Shown here in pieces: positions 11,201-21,435 of a stretch of DNA of 64,000 nucleotides. A program made the position numbers and the translations under genes. Numbering within the stretch: position 1 is the stretch's first letter; the number at the start of each line of letters is the position of its first letter. The stretch lies in the NCBI GenBank assembly GCA_040285745.1, contig JAUFOR010000006.1, positions 248,001 through 312,000 of the forward strand. Reading direction: 5' to 3'. This DNA comes from Barthelona sp. PCE. Its lineage: Eukaryota. Below the pieces are notes generated by a model. The model saw only the letters and a program-made list of their open reading frames with translations, was not told where the DNA came from and did not search any database.

Positions 11201-11743
11201 TTAAAAGTTCTTAATGGTCAGAGTACCACCACAATTAGCGCATCGCTCATTCTCTATATCTATTAAACATGGTGTACAAATAAAACAACCACAATCTTGC
11301 AGTTTTACCCGCTTTTCTTGATGACACACAGCACATGAGAATGCGTTACCCCGATCTATGTCTTTGATTTGCTCTTCTTCTTGTGGTGGAGTTAACACAC
11401 GTCTTATATGTGCATAACTACAATTATTTCCATATCCACATTCACCTGATAGAAAAAAAACCTTGCAAATGCGGCTTTTTTCAACAGATTGTTGCTCTGT
11501 ATGTGCTTCAATTCTATCCTTTTGTAAAACGTTCCCTTGTTCGGAAGTATTCTTCTCATGTGGTTTTTGTGGTGCTTCTGAAAGCCCAAAGACAGATTTA
11601 CTGTCCACAACCCTCGTTTTGTATGTATTTTTTTTATCTGAAGGCATTTGCTGATTCACATTAATCTTGTTAGCTTTGAGAGGCAGTTCACTTGTTTTAG
11701 TAATACTAGAAGCCCTAGTTCGTTTAGATCTCTTCTTGAACAT
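11201..11743 (-). CDS. CCCH zinc finger + RING protein, Cwc24/RNF113-like splicing factor
   Basis: N-terminal 'MFKKR', 'ICKVFFLSGECGYGNNCSYAHIR' (CCCH), then 'CAVC...CGCFICTPC...CANCG' (RING). This is the RNF113/Cwc24 architecture. Confidence 0.7.
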   Translation of the reverse strand: MFKKRSKRTRASSITKTSELPLKANKINVNQQMPSDKKNTYKTRVVDSKSVFGLSEAPQKPHEKNTSEQGNVLQKDRIEAHTEQQSVEKSRICKVFFLSGECGYGNNCSYAHIRRVLTPPQEEEQIKDIDRGNAFSCAVCHQEKRVKLQDCGCFICTPCLIDIENERCANCGGTLTIKNF

Positions 11744-11849
11744 GAAAATCACATGCTTTGTAAACTTGAAAGGGATGTTTTTGGAATATCGACTTCATTC
11801 CATTTTTAGTATCTTTACAAAGTTGTTTTCCTAACTCATATTGTTAGTT

Positions 11850-12935
11850 ATGATCAAAAAAGTGGTAGATTTTGCGATTGGGGATAAGATTCCAAGGGGA
11901 GCCTTTCATCTTACTATTCCTTTTGGATATGGTTCTTCTAATGATGTTGTCAGTAATTTTGCCGCACTAAAGGTCTTTGAGAAGTCACTTGGTAATGTAT
12001 TACACTCAAATATATTGCCAAATTCGAGTCATTTTACATTTGTACAACCTACATCGAAGTATCCCAGAAGAATGGATCCGTTTGGGGCATGCGAATCTTT
12101 GGACAACACTGCTGAACGAGCTTCTGAGTATTTATCATCACCAATGCATGCAGCTATTCAACTTAGTCACCCTGCTTTTTACACACCATGTTTGCACAAT
12201 ATTGATGCAAAGAGCACGGCATATGCATGTCAACAGCTTTCGGCAACTTTGCACAATGGTGTTTTGTATGGGAAGCGGGGAGAAGTGATTCAATTACCGT
12301 ACTACCGCAATCCATCACTGCATCGTATCAAAGACGTAATTAACAGTCAAGATTCCGTCAGGGAGAGGTTCATACAGAATTATACAAGGAGTTTAGACAT
12401 TTTTCAGAAAACTATTCCTTCTAATTATTTTCCTTTCACTGTATCGTTTGATCAACCATTGGATACAACAGAATTAATTAGTTTGCTGGTTCTAGAACGG
12501 TTATTAGGTCAAGTCAGTTGTTTTGAAGAAGGAGGTCCTCGACCGAAGAATTCTGCTTTGCTTTGTCAATTTTTAACACCTTCAATAGTTAATTCTCTCG
12601 GGTTTAAGGTGATGATTGATGGGTGTAGTAATGTTTTGTGTGGATTAATATTTGAAACCGTGAATCCTTCATTTGTTCCAGATATTAAAAAATTCTGTGA
12701 TATTATTGAGAGAGAAATTACAGAAAATCATGTAGAAATGGGTAAAAATGCATTAAAAATGAGTGTTCTTGAGAAATCGGAAAATTTTATTGACGATTGC
12801 ATGAATAGAGGGTTTTATAACTTAATACTGCCCCCATCATTTGATTTATTGGCTTGTATTGACAGTAGTGTAACCCTTAATAGTGTTAAAAATATGTTTT
12901 TATTATTTAAAGAAAAGTTGGATGACCTAGAGTAA
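11850..12935 (+). CDS. Divergent M16-family protein, mitochondrial processing peptidase alpha-like
   Basis: 'LLVLERLLGQVSCFEEGGPRPKNSAL' resembles the MPP-alpha glycine-rich loop (VLQMLMGGGGSFSAGGPGKGM.SRL). 'ITENHVEMGKNALKMSVL' resembles the M16 C-terminal helix. No HXXEH motif. Confidence 0.5.
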   Translation: MIKKVVDFAIGDKIPRGAFHLTIPFGYGSSNDVVSNFAALKVFEKSLGNVLHSNILPNSSHFTFVQPTSKYPRRMDPFGACESLDNTAERASEYLSSPMHAAIQLSHPAFYTPCLHNIDAKSTAYACQQLSATLHNGVLYGKRGEVIQLPYYRNPSLHRIKDVINSQDSVRERFIQNYTRSLDIFQKTIPSNYFPFTVSFDQPLDTTELISLLVLERLLGQVSCFEEGGPRPKNSALLCQFLTPSIVNSLGFKVMIDGCSNVLCGLIFETVNPSFVPDIKKFCDIIEREITENHVEMGKNALKMSVLEKSENFIDDCMNRGFYNLILPPSFDLLACIDSSVTLNSVKNMFLLFKEKLDDLE

Positions 12936-12989
12936 AAAAATTTGTGTTTAACTGTTTATCCGTTTCTTTACAACTTTTGTACAAGGGTT

Positions 12990-13550
12990 ATGCCTACTAA
13001 AAACGCGCAGAACGTTCTCAAAGCAAGTGAGGCAGCATATTCAAAGCTTCCAAAAGTGAGTAGTGAACTTTTAACTCTCACATACGGTGTATTCATTCAA
13101 CAGATCTTCAAAACCACATACCGCATCGAAGATGTCAACGCTAAACTATTGGAAATAGGACAGAACATGGGTTTAAGAATAGTAGACGATTTTCTCAGTC
13201 ATATAGTTTTTGAACGATGCAGTAGCTTCACAGAAACGTGCCAAATCCTCGTTGGATCAGGATTTATGTATTTTTTTGGAGTTAGTGGAACAATATTAAG
13301 TTGGAACGAAGAAAATTCACAATGTGTATTTCTTTTAAAACATAATTTATTGAATAATTTCGTTGAAATACCTGCACATCTTGAAGGTTTGAAATATAAT
13401 AATATGCTTTGTGGTGTAATTAAAGGTGCACTTAATGCTATTAATTTCAAAGTTAAAGTAGAGGAAGTAGAGAGCACTGTATATGGTGCAAACGATGACG
13501 TGTTTTCAATTTCCCTTGAGGAATTGCTACACGATGAAACAGGAGAGTAA
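12990..13550 (+). CDS. BET3: TRAPP complex subunit Bet3/TRAPPC3
   Basis: 'KVSSELLTLTYG', 'IGQNMGLRIVDDFL', 'NFVEIP..L.GLKYNNMLCGVIKGAL'. ATG at 12990. Confidence 0.92.
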   Translation: MPTKNAQNVLKASEAAYSKLPKVSSELLTLTYGVFIQQIFKTTYRIEDVNAKLLEIGQNMGLRIVDDFLSHIVFERCSSFTETCQILVGSGFMYFFGVSGTILSWNEENSQCVFLLKHNLLNNFVEIPAHLEGLKYNNMLCGVIKGALNAINFKVKVEEVESTVYGANDDVFSISLEELLHDETGE

Positions 13551-13565
13551 AAAATTATATGATGT

Positions 13566-14003
13566 TCATCTCTCAATATTTAACAAGTGCTGGTAGCACT
13601 GCTGAAGTTTGTTCTGAATGAATGGGGATCCGTTATTTTCTTCGCTATTAGCATTATATAAGTGGGAGAACCTATTTTCCACAGCTTGACGACCGCATTG
13701 TGGCTCTAAACTAAGAATACCATACACGTCATCCAACGTGGCCCGCTGAGGTATGCGCAAAAATGCCTTGGACTTCATTATACCTGATTCAATCCATTGA
13801 ATGCTTAGAGTAGTCAAAAACGATGAGAAACCCACAGCAGATTTCGATAACCTGGATAGAAGTTGTTTCATGTGATCTTTATGTCTATAATAGTTGTGCC
13901 CAAATGCGGAATAGGAAATCTTGAATATAGCAGGCCATAGAAGTATAAGGTTGATGATCATTCTCCCAATACACTCACCAGAGCTCATAAAACGGGAGTA
14001 CAT
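13566..14003 (-). CDS. PAM16: Pam16/Tim16-like J-like domain protein (mitochondrial import motor)
   Basis: C-terminal 'TLDDVYGILSL...VENRFSHLYNANSEENNGSPFIQNKL' matches the Pam16 J-like domain pattern (no HPD, GS.Y/F.Q.K). Hydrophobic N-terminus. Confidence 0.65.
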   Translation of the reverse strand: MYSRFMSSGECIGRMIINLILLWPAIFKISYSAFGHNYYRHKDHMKQLLSRLSKSAVGFSSFLTTLSIQWIESGIMKSKAFLRIPQRATLDDVYGILSLEPQCGRQAVENRFSHLYNANSEENNGSPFIQNKLQQCYQHLLNIER

Positions 14004-14118
14004 GCCACAATAAAGTGGTCAGGAAAGTTTTATTTTCAGTTAACTTGTTTTTAGCTTTACAACCTATTTCTATTCAACCACAACAGGTCAAACAGACCCT
14101 ACAGACTATACACAGAAT

Positions 14119-15453
14119 ATGAGTAGCAGCAACACAAGTTATCTAACCGATTTGGATGTACGAGTTTTAGTTCTTGCAGGAGGATCAAGTTCCCGTTTCA
14201 TGCCCCTAAACAAGGTGTTTGTCGACCTTGGTACGGGCCGTACACTTATTCAGCAAACATTTGACAGAGCCTGCTCAACAGAAATCGTTGATTCAAAGCC
14301 GTTAACCGCTCGCGATAAATTTTACATTGCAACAGGACCAGACATGGCGTCTCTTATGCGTGAGCAGCTCCCAGACATCCCCCCATCCAACGTAATTAGC
14401 GATCCTGCTCCACGCAACACTTTACCCGCAATTTTATGGGCTATAGCCAATTTACAGCCCACAGTTTCGGACGACACTCTCATAGCTATGCTCACAGGAG
14501 ATCATGTTATTGACAATACCCAACAATTCAGGAAATGTGTAGAACGAGCTCTTAGCGTTGCAAGCTTATATGACTCAATAGTAACGATTGGTATTACTCC
14601 CTCGGACGATCCCAATGATTGGACATCGTTTGGAGCAATGAAGGAAGGCATGGGTTGTATCCAGAACTTGGATGCTTCTGAGTTGGAACAGTTCTTAGAG
14701 AAACCAACAAAAGAGATGGCTGAAGGTATGATTTCTGAAGGTGGATGGTTCTGGAACGCTGGTATGTTTTTCTTTTCCATTAAATCTATTGAAAAAGGTC
14801 TTAGTCACACCGTTCCAGAAGTCTATGAGGTTTACAAACAGATGAAAGACCTTGTAAGTGGACCTGGTATCCGTAGAATAGGTGATGCTAAGAAATTATT
14901 TGAGAATTTCCAGCGAAAAATTCCTCACCCACTTTACCCTGGTACAGATCGTCTAGCTGATAATTCCATCGATTATGCGTTGATGCAGCCGTTAACAAAC
15001 ATTCCTATTGATGAAATCCCACCAATTAGAGCTTATGTAATTCCTGGTGATTTCCCTTGGACGGATATCGGTAGTTGGGATGCGTTGTATAAGGTAGTAG
15101 ATCCAGATGACAATGATAATATTGTTGTTGGAACGAGATTATCATTGAATAACGTTAGGAATTGTTTGATACTAGGTGAAGAATCTTTCCAAATCTCTGC
15201 TTATAATTGTACTGATTTAGTTATCGTGCACAGTAAGGAAGGAGTGCTATTTGTTTGCAGTAAGGATTATCTTGGCTCAAAGTTGAGAGAAGTTTACACA
15301 CTGTTTAAGAGTAAGGAACCTTTGGCAAACTTGGAATTTAAGTCACAAAACTGCACATTGATGGGCGACAATATCGTAGTTGTTGGCTGTGAAGGTCTAG
15401 CTATTGAAAATGGTCCTGACGAAGCAATTGTTAATGTTCGCAATACCATGTAA
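14119..15453 (+). CDS. Mannose-1-phosphate guanylyltransferase (bacterial ManC-type GMP domain)
   Basis: 'VLAGGSSSRF.P', 'PAPRNTLPAI', 'GDHVI', 'FLEKP', 'WNAGMFFF', 'SIDYAL', 'WTDIGSWDAL'. Confidence 0.88.
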   Translation: MSSSNTSYLTDLDVRVLVLAGGSSSRFMPLNKVFVDLGTGRTLIQQTFDRACSTEIVDSKPLTARDKFYIATGPDMASLMREQLPDIPPSNVISDPAPRNTLPAILWAIANLQPTVSDDTLIAMLTGDHVIDNTQQFRKCVERALSVASLYDSIVTIGITPSDDPNDWTSFGAMKEGMGCIQNLDASELEQFLEKPTKEMAEGMISEGGWFWNAGMFFFSIKSIEKGLSHTVPEVYEVYKQMKDLVSGPGIRRIGDAKKLFENFQRKIPHPLYPGTDRLADNSIDYALMQPLTNIPIDEIPPIRAYVIPGDFPWTDIGSWDALYKVVDPDDNDNIVVGTRLSLNNVRNCLILGEESFQISAYNCTDLVIVHSKEGVLFVCSKDYLGSKLREVYTLFKSKEPLANLEFKSQNCTLMGDNIVVVGCEGLAIENGPDEAIVNVRNTM

Positions 15454-15577
15454 AGATTATGGTTATTTAGTTGCCTAAATTCTTGTTAGAGTAAAGTTTG
15501 TTGGGATAGATGATATGAAATGTTAAATCGAGAGATTGCAAGCTTGAAAACCCGTTAATAGTTTTATCCGTTTCATT

Positions 15578-16930
15578 ATGGGGGAAAAGCCATCTCGAAC
15601 CAGAACTAGCTCCAACACCGATCGGAGGAAATCGACACGTATCGAACCGAGAAAGTTTGAAAGAAGAGACTCTAGAAGGGGACGTTCCAGTCGTTTTAAA
15701 GATTTAGAAGGGAGAAAAAACCGCCCATCAAGCGGGTCGAAACCACCTTTAACAGAAACAAATGAGATAAAGAACGAGAACGGCGAGATAATTCAATATC
15801 AAAAATACACACCTAAAAAGAAGAAGATGCGTTTCAAAGGACAATCAGACCGTGATATACATGAAGAGATGCGACTTGAGCTGTCAAAGAAGAGGTTTTT
15901 AAGTCCTCATGAACGCAGAATTATGCAGGATGATTATGAGTACAAATCAAAGCGAGATGTTAAGATAGAGATTCCTCTCGTGCACCAAACCCTTCCCACA
16001 TGGGATAAATCACACAGAAAACCTGTGGAGAAACCGCCAAAACCGTTGTATGAGGTGGGAATGCCGCTCACAGTTGTCACCAAAGATACATACCCTTACA
16101 AGCATTTCATTCAGCCAAAGGTGGAGAAACTAGCATACCAAGCAGCAGTTTGGTTGGATGAAGCACCTTTTCGTGTTTTTATAACAAATAGAGGTATTTA
16201 TTTCATTGATGCTCGTAAAGATCGTTTGCGATTTGTTATGGACTTTTTATGCATCGAGCACATCATCAAGGACGACGAGCAGGTATTACCGGTCATTATT
16301 GTGTACAGATTACCGGCAAAAGACGGAGTACCTAAACATGTCAAATCGAAATTTCATCGAATTAATGTTAAATGGCGTGATGAGATGATGGCATCGACCA
16401 CCGACTTCTGCTTATGTCAAGTGCGTATGGATTTTGAGACGCCGAGGAAAGCAAAAACTTTTTATCACACATTGAACTTTCTGTTGCAGGCACATCGAGA
16501 GAATTCTTATTTAAACATTCTCCCACAGTCAAGGGAGCCCAACAGACCCCTTTTCATTGCTACAGTTATGCAATATTCAGAAAAGCAGCACAAGAAAAAA
16601 ATTCGTAGTTTAGTTATTGCAACTCGTGGAATTTATTTAATGACTCTAAATGGTGCTTTTAGCGAACCTTCCAGATTGAAACAGCGTGTTTTATGGTCAG
16701 ATCTTGAAAGATATGAAACTTTTGAAAACGATGGAAAAATAGAAATGTATCTTCCGTATTCGTATGATTTAAATCATTCAGACCGTTTGTCAATGCGACT
16801 GGTTAACAAAAATCCTCTCCGATTCCAATTTCTTCATGATTTTGATCGTATAAGGTTTATAAATCAATTGAAGTTAATTGGTTTTCAGATTCTTAACATT
16901 GAGATACCGTTTGAGATCGTTGATCGTTAA
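15578..16930 (+). CDS. Hypothetical protein, basic N-terminus followed by two possible PH-like repeats
   Basis: 450-aa ORF with repeated 'RVFITNRGIYF' / 'RSLVIATRGIYL' beta-strand patterns typical of PH-like folds. Confidence 0.55.
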   Translation: MGEKPSRTRTSSNTDRRKSTRIEPRKFERRDSRRGRSSRFKDLEGRKNRPSSGSKPPLTETNEIKNENGEIIQYQKYTPKKKKMRFKGQSDRDIHEEMRLELSKKRFLSPHERRIMQDDYEYKSKRDVKIEIPLVHQTLPTWDKSHRKPVEKPPKPLYEVGMPLTVVTKDTYPYKHFIQPKVEKLAYQAAVWLDEAPFRVFITNRGIYFIDARKDRLRFVMDFLCIEHIIKDDEQVLPVIIVYRLPAKDGVPKHVKSKFHRINVKWRDEMMASTTDFCLCQVRMDFETPRKAKTFYHTLNFLLQAHRENSYLNILPQSREPNRPLFIATVMQYSEKQHKKKIRSLVIATRGIYLMTLNGAFSEPSRLKQRVLWSDLERYETFENDGKIEMYLPYSYDLNHSDRLSMRLVNKNPLRFQFLHDFDRIRFINQLKLIGFQILNIEIPFEIVDR

Positions 16931-19357
16931 TCATTTAGTAATTAGATCTCTTGCCTCATCAATCTTGTAAATAAATCGTCTTAAATCGTCAACTTCTGTT
17001 TTCAATTTTGAGTTCTCGTTGTGATTCAGCTGAAGGTTTTCTTCCAGGTTAAGTGAATGGGTCTGGATCGTTTCTTTCTCGACCTGCTCCTGTTTAAGCT
17101 GCTGAGTGAGAGCATATACAGTACTGTTGAGGTCTGCAACCTCTTTTTTCCAGTTTTGCTTCGTTTCATTCAATTCATTCTTGGTAGCTTCCAAAGCGGC
17201 CGAGTACTCTCCATCTAAAGCGTTTAGTTTGTCCTCAAATGCTTCAAAACGAGACAGTCTATCTATTTCTTCCATGCACTCTTCCACTTCTTCTTTTTGC
17301 TCTAATATAATTTTCTCACGCTCAATGACCTGTTCCTTCAACCGTTCAATGTCAATACAATATAGTTCTTTCTCTTTTTCGAACTTATCAAGAATTACAC
17401 TCTTTGCACTTTTTTGTGTTTCAATTTCTTGAACAGCCTGATAAAACTCATCGTCTCTCTCCTCTAACTCTTTCTTTAAAGATTTCATAGCTAATGTCAC
17501 ATCTTTTTTCTGTTTTTCTCTTTGAATACAGATTCTCTCATATTGTTCATTGAAATTGACTAATTCCTTAGTAAAATAATCCCGATCATCCTTCAACTTC
17601 TTCTCTAAGTTCAACTCATTAGTTTTCGTAAATTCATATTTCTTCTTTAACTCTTCACAAATACGTACTAGATCATAGTTCTTCTCCTTTAATACACGAA
17701 GTCTCTTTCGCTCAGTTGCCAACTGCAGCTCATGCTCTTTCTCAACTTGCTTCATCTGCTGTTCTTGTTTACGAATCATTCCACGCAACTCATCACGTTC
17801 TTTTATACGCATTTTTTCATTGCTTTGCATTTCAGCAACTAATTTTGAGTGTTCAACTTCGGAATGTGCTTTTTTTTGCATAGCATCGTTTTCTAAGGTA
17901 ACTAACTTTGTTCCTAACTCAGCAATCTTCGTTCTCAATTGCGTATTAACGGATTTTAATTCATAAGAATCCTTTTCAATCCTTTTTAATTGGTTCTCTG
18001 ATTTTTTTTGATCAATCAATCTACTCTCTAGCTGCTTATTGCGCAGCTCAAGAGCGTGATACTTCTTTCGGAACTGTTTCGCTCGCTCACGTACTGTAAT
18101 CAATTTTGTTTGCAACGAACGAACTTGACCTTCTAAAAATACAACGTGTTCATTTTTCTTTTCACTATTTGACAGCTCGTTTTGCAGCTTTGTCAGATGA
18201 TCCACGAATTTTGGATCTATTTTTAATACAGGTGTTTCTTCCTTATTCTTTCTTCTCTTGTTCCTTGGTTTCTTCTTCTCAGATTCACTCTTTTTTTGAA
18301 CAGGTGTTGGGTTGGGACTCTCTAACGGGTCAGGTGCTGGCATAAAGAACGTAGGGATAGGGAGAATGGGATCGGCTATGAAAAATTCTCTAGTTCCTGT
18401 TTCTTCCTTAATAATATCATCTAAGCTTTCTTTTTTTGACTCATTTTCACGTTTGGCCTCTCTTTCACGTTCAGCCTCCCGCTCCCGCTCTCTATCCTCC
18501 TCAATTTGGCGAGTACGGTCATCTAAAGTCCGTACAGCAGTGTTTAAATCTGATACGATACCTTTCATAGTAAGTTTTTCATCGGCTACATGAGTTATAT
18601 GAGATACGATACCACTCAGTCCATCTACAACAGCATTGAGTTGATCTAACTGGCCTATTGCTTGTTCTGCTAATAAATTTCGTTCTTCTTCACTATCTTC
18701 ACTGTCATCCTCATTATCAAAAACATCAATACTGTCATATACATCACTGACAAACTCGCGCTCAGGGTCAGGGTACGTCTGCACTTCATCTTGTAGTTTT
18801 TCACGAAGTACAGCAACATCTTGGTTGTCTAAAAATTGCAAATTTGGTAATTGGGTTAAGACGTTAAGCAAAAAACTTTCAAGTTCTTCTATCTTATTTC
18901 CTTTAAGATTTAATATTCTTAAGTTATGTAACCCTGTCAAATGCACAATTTCATCAAGAGATTCGATTTGGTTATGTGATAAATCGAGAAATTCTAAATT
19001 TTGTAAACCATTCCATTCACAACTATGTTGAAACTGTTCTAAACTACAAATCCAGTTGCTGGACAGGTTCAATGATTGGAGATGATGCAACCGCTCGATA
19101 CCATCAATTTGATCTAGGCGATTTGTTGAAAGATTTAGAGTAGTAAGTCTTGTACACTTTCCTAGATCGATTGCATTGGAAATGTTATTTCCAGAAAGGT
19201 CCAGATCCTCGAGATACTTCAATGCCTCAAGCCCAGTACAATTATCAAGGTTACAATGAAGAATAGATAATTTTTTAACACGTGAAGGAATGTCTTCGAC
19301 AGGAATTTTTGCCCAGGTCTCCCCCAAGTAGTACACGGTGTCAGAATCAGCGCTCAT
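16931..19357 (-). CDS. Leucine-rich repeat + coiled-coil protein (LRRCC1/centriolin-like architecture)
   Basis: SDS22-type LRRs (LxxLxLSxNxI) and an LRRcap-like 'LPNLQFLD', followed by ~450 aa of coiled coil. Confidence 0.75.
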   Translation of the reverse strand: MSADSDTVYYLGETWAKIPVEDIPSRVKKLSILHCNLDNCTGLEALKYLEDLDLSGNNISNAIDLGKCTRLTTLNLSTNRLDQIDGIERLHHLQSLNLSSNWICSLEQFQHSCEWNGLQNLEFLDLSHNQIESLDEIVHLTGLHNLRILNLKGNKIEELESFLLNVLTQLPNLQFLDNQDVAVLREKLQDEVQTYPDPEREFVSDVYDSIDVFDNEDDSEDSEEERNLLAEQAIGQLDQLNAVVDGLSGIVSHITHVADEKLTMKGIVSDLNTAVRTLDDRTRQIEEDREREREAEREREAKRENESKKESLDDIIKEETGTREFFIADPILPIPTFFMPAPDPLESPNPTPVQKKSESEKKKPRNKRRKNKEETPVLKIDPKFVDHLTKLQNELSNSEKKNEHVVFLEGQVRSLQTKLITVRERAKQFRKKYHALELRNKQLESRLIDQKKSENQLKRIEKDSYELKSVNTQLRTKIAELGTKLVTLENDAMQKKAHSEVEHSKLVAEMQSNEKMRIKERDELRGMIRKQEQQMKQVEKEHELQLATERKRLRVLKEKNYDLVRICEELKKKYEFTKTNELNLEKKLKDDRDYFTKELVNFNEQYERICIQREKQKKDVTLAMKSLKKELEERDDEFYQAVQEIETQKSAKSVILDKFEKEKELYCIDIERLKEQVIEREKIILEQKEEVEECMEEIDRLSRFEAFEDKLNALDGEYSAALEATKNELNETKQNWKKEVADLNSTVYALTQQLKQEQVEKETIQTHSLNLEENLQLNHNENSKLKTEVDDLRRFIYKIDEARDLITK

Positions 19358-19435
19358 AACCGGAAAAAGTGTGGAAGAGGGTTGTTAAAAAATTTACATC
19401 CTTTTACAAGCATTTTGGGTTTGCAATGAGTTTAC

Positions 19436-20815
19436 ATGAGCATATATAATACGCCAAAGACACCCATACGAAGGAATATATCGTTGAGTCGCAGTTCTAA
19501 ACGAAAGGAGAACTTGAGTTCCTACGTTACAACTGCGTTTTCAAACGCTAAGAATACGCTAACATCATCACCAATGCTTAAAAAAGAGCGTATTCGGGAA
19601 GCACATCTACGTAATGACATTAAGAGACATAAACAACAAGTTCAGCGACGTTCTAAATCTTCTTTAGGTTTCAGCCCAACACATGTACCATCTGCGGCTG
19701 TAGAGCGTTATGAGGCAGAATGTCTTGCTCGATTAAGGTTTAGTAGCCCGGAATCTAAATGGGAACTTTATAGGAACGTTTTATTGCGATTTGGACAGGA
19801 ATTCTCACGATTATCACCCCTATTTGACCGCATTCGGGAGTCTGTAGAGACATTATTGGAACATAAGAACACACAATTGTTTAGTGTAGAGAAGCAGATA
19901 GCTAACAGTGTTGATGCTCAAAGGACGCTAACAGCAACGATTGACAACGCCCTGTTCCTCTCAAAGGACAGACAGGACAAGCTGAAATCAGATCATGAAC
20001 AAATAGAGGAGTCGAAATTGGAATTGGAGAAAAAGTTATCAGTATGTTATGCTAGGATTCAAGAATTAGAGGAAAATATCATGATTGAACGCAAACAGTC
20101 AAAGGCGCAGCGGATTGAGATAGAATCATTGAAATTGTTGCTTAGTGATGAGAAAAAAAAATTTTCTGAATCAATGATTAACAATGCAGAAGAACGTCGT
20201 AATTTCAAGAAGAAGAACAGGGAACAGATTGATTTGTTGAATAATCTTCGTAATGAATTACTGGAAACAAAGACAAAAATGAAGAAGGAGAGTGAAAGAT
20301 TTGAAGAAGAAAAGGATCATTCTAATAATGATATATTGTTATTGCAGAACGAAATAGAGTATTTGCGCGACTTCAAATTGAATTCAGAAAGTGTTTATGA
20401 TCGTTTAATGGAGAAGTTAATCAATGCTGAAGGAAAAACGTCAATAGTTGAAGAAAACTTGACTAAATTGAGAGCTAGACATGATGAAGCAACCGAAAAG
20501 CTTGAAGTGTCAACACCAAGATACGACTTTGAGGGTAAATTGAGAGGAGACATTACATTGATCAGCAACGTCATTATGAATCAACGTGTACGTAAAGGCC
20601 AGGACAAGAGCTTCGAGGGTATGGCGGAAATGTGGATAGAAGCTGAGTTGAATCAGAAAAAGAAGAGTAGTAATGATTTTATTCGGTTAGTTTTGGAAGA
20701 GATAGATATGTTACGCAGTAAGAATGCTATGTTGGAGGAAGAAAATGAGCAATTAAAGAGTGAAATATCAGAAAATTCAAGGAAGAACCGAAATCGTATC
20801 ACTGGAAAGAAATAG
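19436..20815 (+). CDS. Coiled-coil protein, possibly TSNAXIP1-like (ciliary)
   Basis: 'WELYRNVLLRFGQEFSRLSPLFDRIRESVE' and the later 'STPRYDF' recall the TSNAXIP1 N-domain and its TPRP motif. Mostly coiled coil. Confidence 0.45.
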   Translation: MSIYNTPKTPIRRNISLSRSSKRKENLSSYVTTAFSNAKNTLTSSPMLKKERIREAHLRNDIKRHKQQVQRRSKSSLGFSPTHVPSAAVERYEAECLARLRFSSPESKWELYRNVLLRFGQEFSRLSPLFDRIRESVETLLEHKNTQLFSVEKQIANSVDAQRTLTATIDNALFLSKDRQDKLKSDHEQIEESKLELEKKLSVCYARIQELEENIMIERKQSKAQRIEIESLKLLLSDEKKKFSESMINNAEERRNFKKKNREQIDLLNNLRNELLETKTKMKKESERFEEEKDHSNNDILLLQNEIEYLRDFKLNSESVYDRLMEKLINAEGKTSIVEENLTKLRARHDEATEKLEVSTPRYDFEGKLRGDITLISNVIMNQRVRKGQDKSFEGMAEMWIEAELNQKKKSSNDFIRLVLEEIDMLRSKNAMLEEENEQLKSEISENSRKNRNRITGKK

Positions 20816-20831
20816 TTAATTTATTCTTGAT

Positions 20832-21044
20832 TTATGCAATTATAGGTGGATCTCTTGTTACAATAGAAGGTGTTCGGGCAGGGGCAAAGACATTATTATG
20901 TTTTAAAGTGCCTTGCCGGAAAAAGTTGGTATATTGCATATTATCTGTGTTTCGGTTTGTTTTAGATGATATGAAGCCCAAATATGCACCGAAAAGCAGA
21001 ATAAACGCTATAAGAATCAAAATAGGCGTAATGTCTGTCTGCAT
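20832..21044 (-). CDS. Small (70 aa) single-pass membrane protein
   Basis: ATG at 21044 gives MQTDITPILILIAFILLFGAYLGFISS..., one hydrophobic helix. Ends 16 bp from the convergent neighbour's stop. Confidence 0.4.
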   Translation of the reverse strand: MQTDITPILILIAFILLFGAYLGFISSKTNRNTDNMQYTNFFRQGTLKHNNVFAPARTPSIVTRDPPIIA

Positions 21045-21435
21045 AATGATTAAATAACGAAAGCATGTTTTTTCGTAAAATAAAATAAGATGCCCCGAGA
21101 AAGATAACATTTTGCACCACAGGAATTATAGAAAATGAGTAAAGTATCATAATTATGGATATACACAAAAGATATGTTAGTTTTATGCGCAAAGCAAATT
21201 TTCCTGACTGAACGCTTGCAAAATCGTACAAAAGTACGTCCTGGAACAAAAACACAAATGAATATGATGAAAAAGCTGTGAAATACACAATACATACGTT
21301 TTCTCACGAATTCACACTTGTGCTTTCATGTAAGGAAGTTATACATAGAAATAACGTCAGTCACATACTTGAAAGTAGCGATTAGTAAATGTCCACAGTT
21401 TTTTCCTTCTTCTTTATTTATACCTTTTTTATACA

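Noticed and set aside
21160-21230. GCTTTGCGCA (minus) resembling the U4 5' end, and TGCGCAAAG..GCAAATT (plus) resembling U6
   Set aside because: No ACAGAGA box, AGC triad, k-turn or Sm site in the right places.
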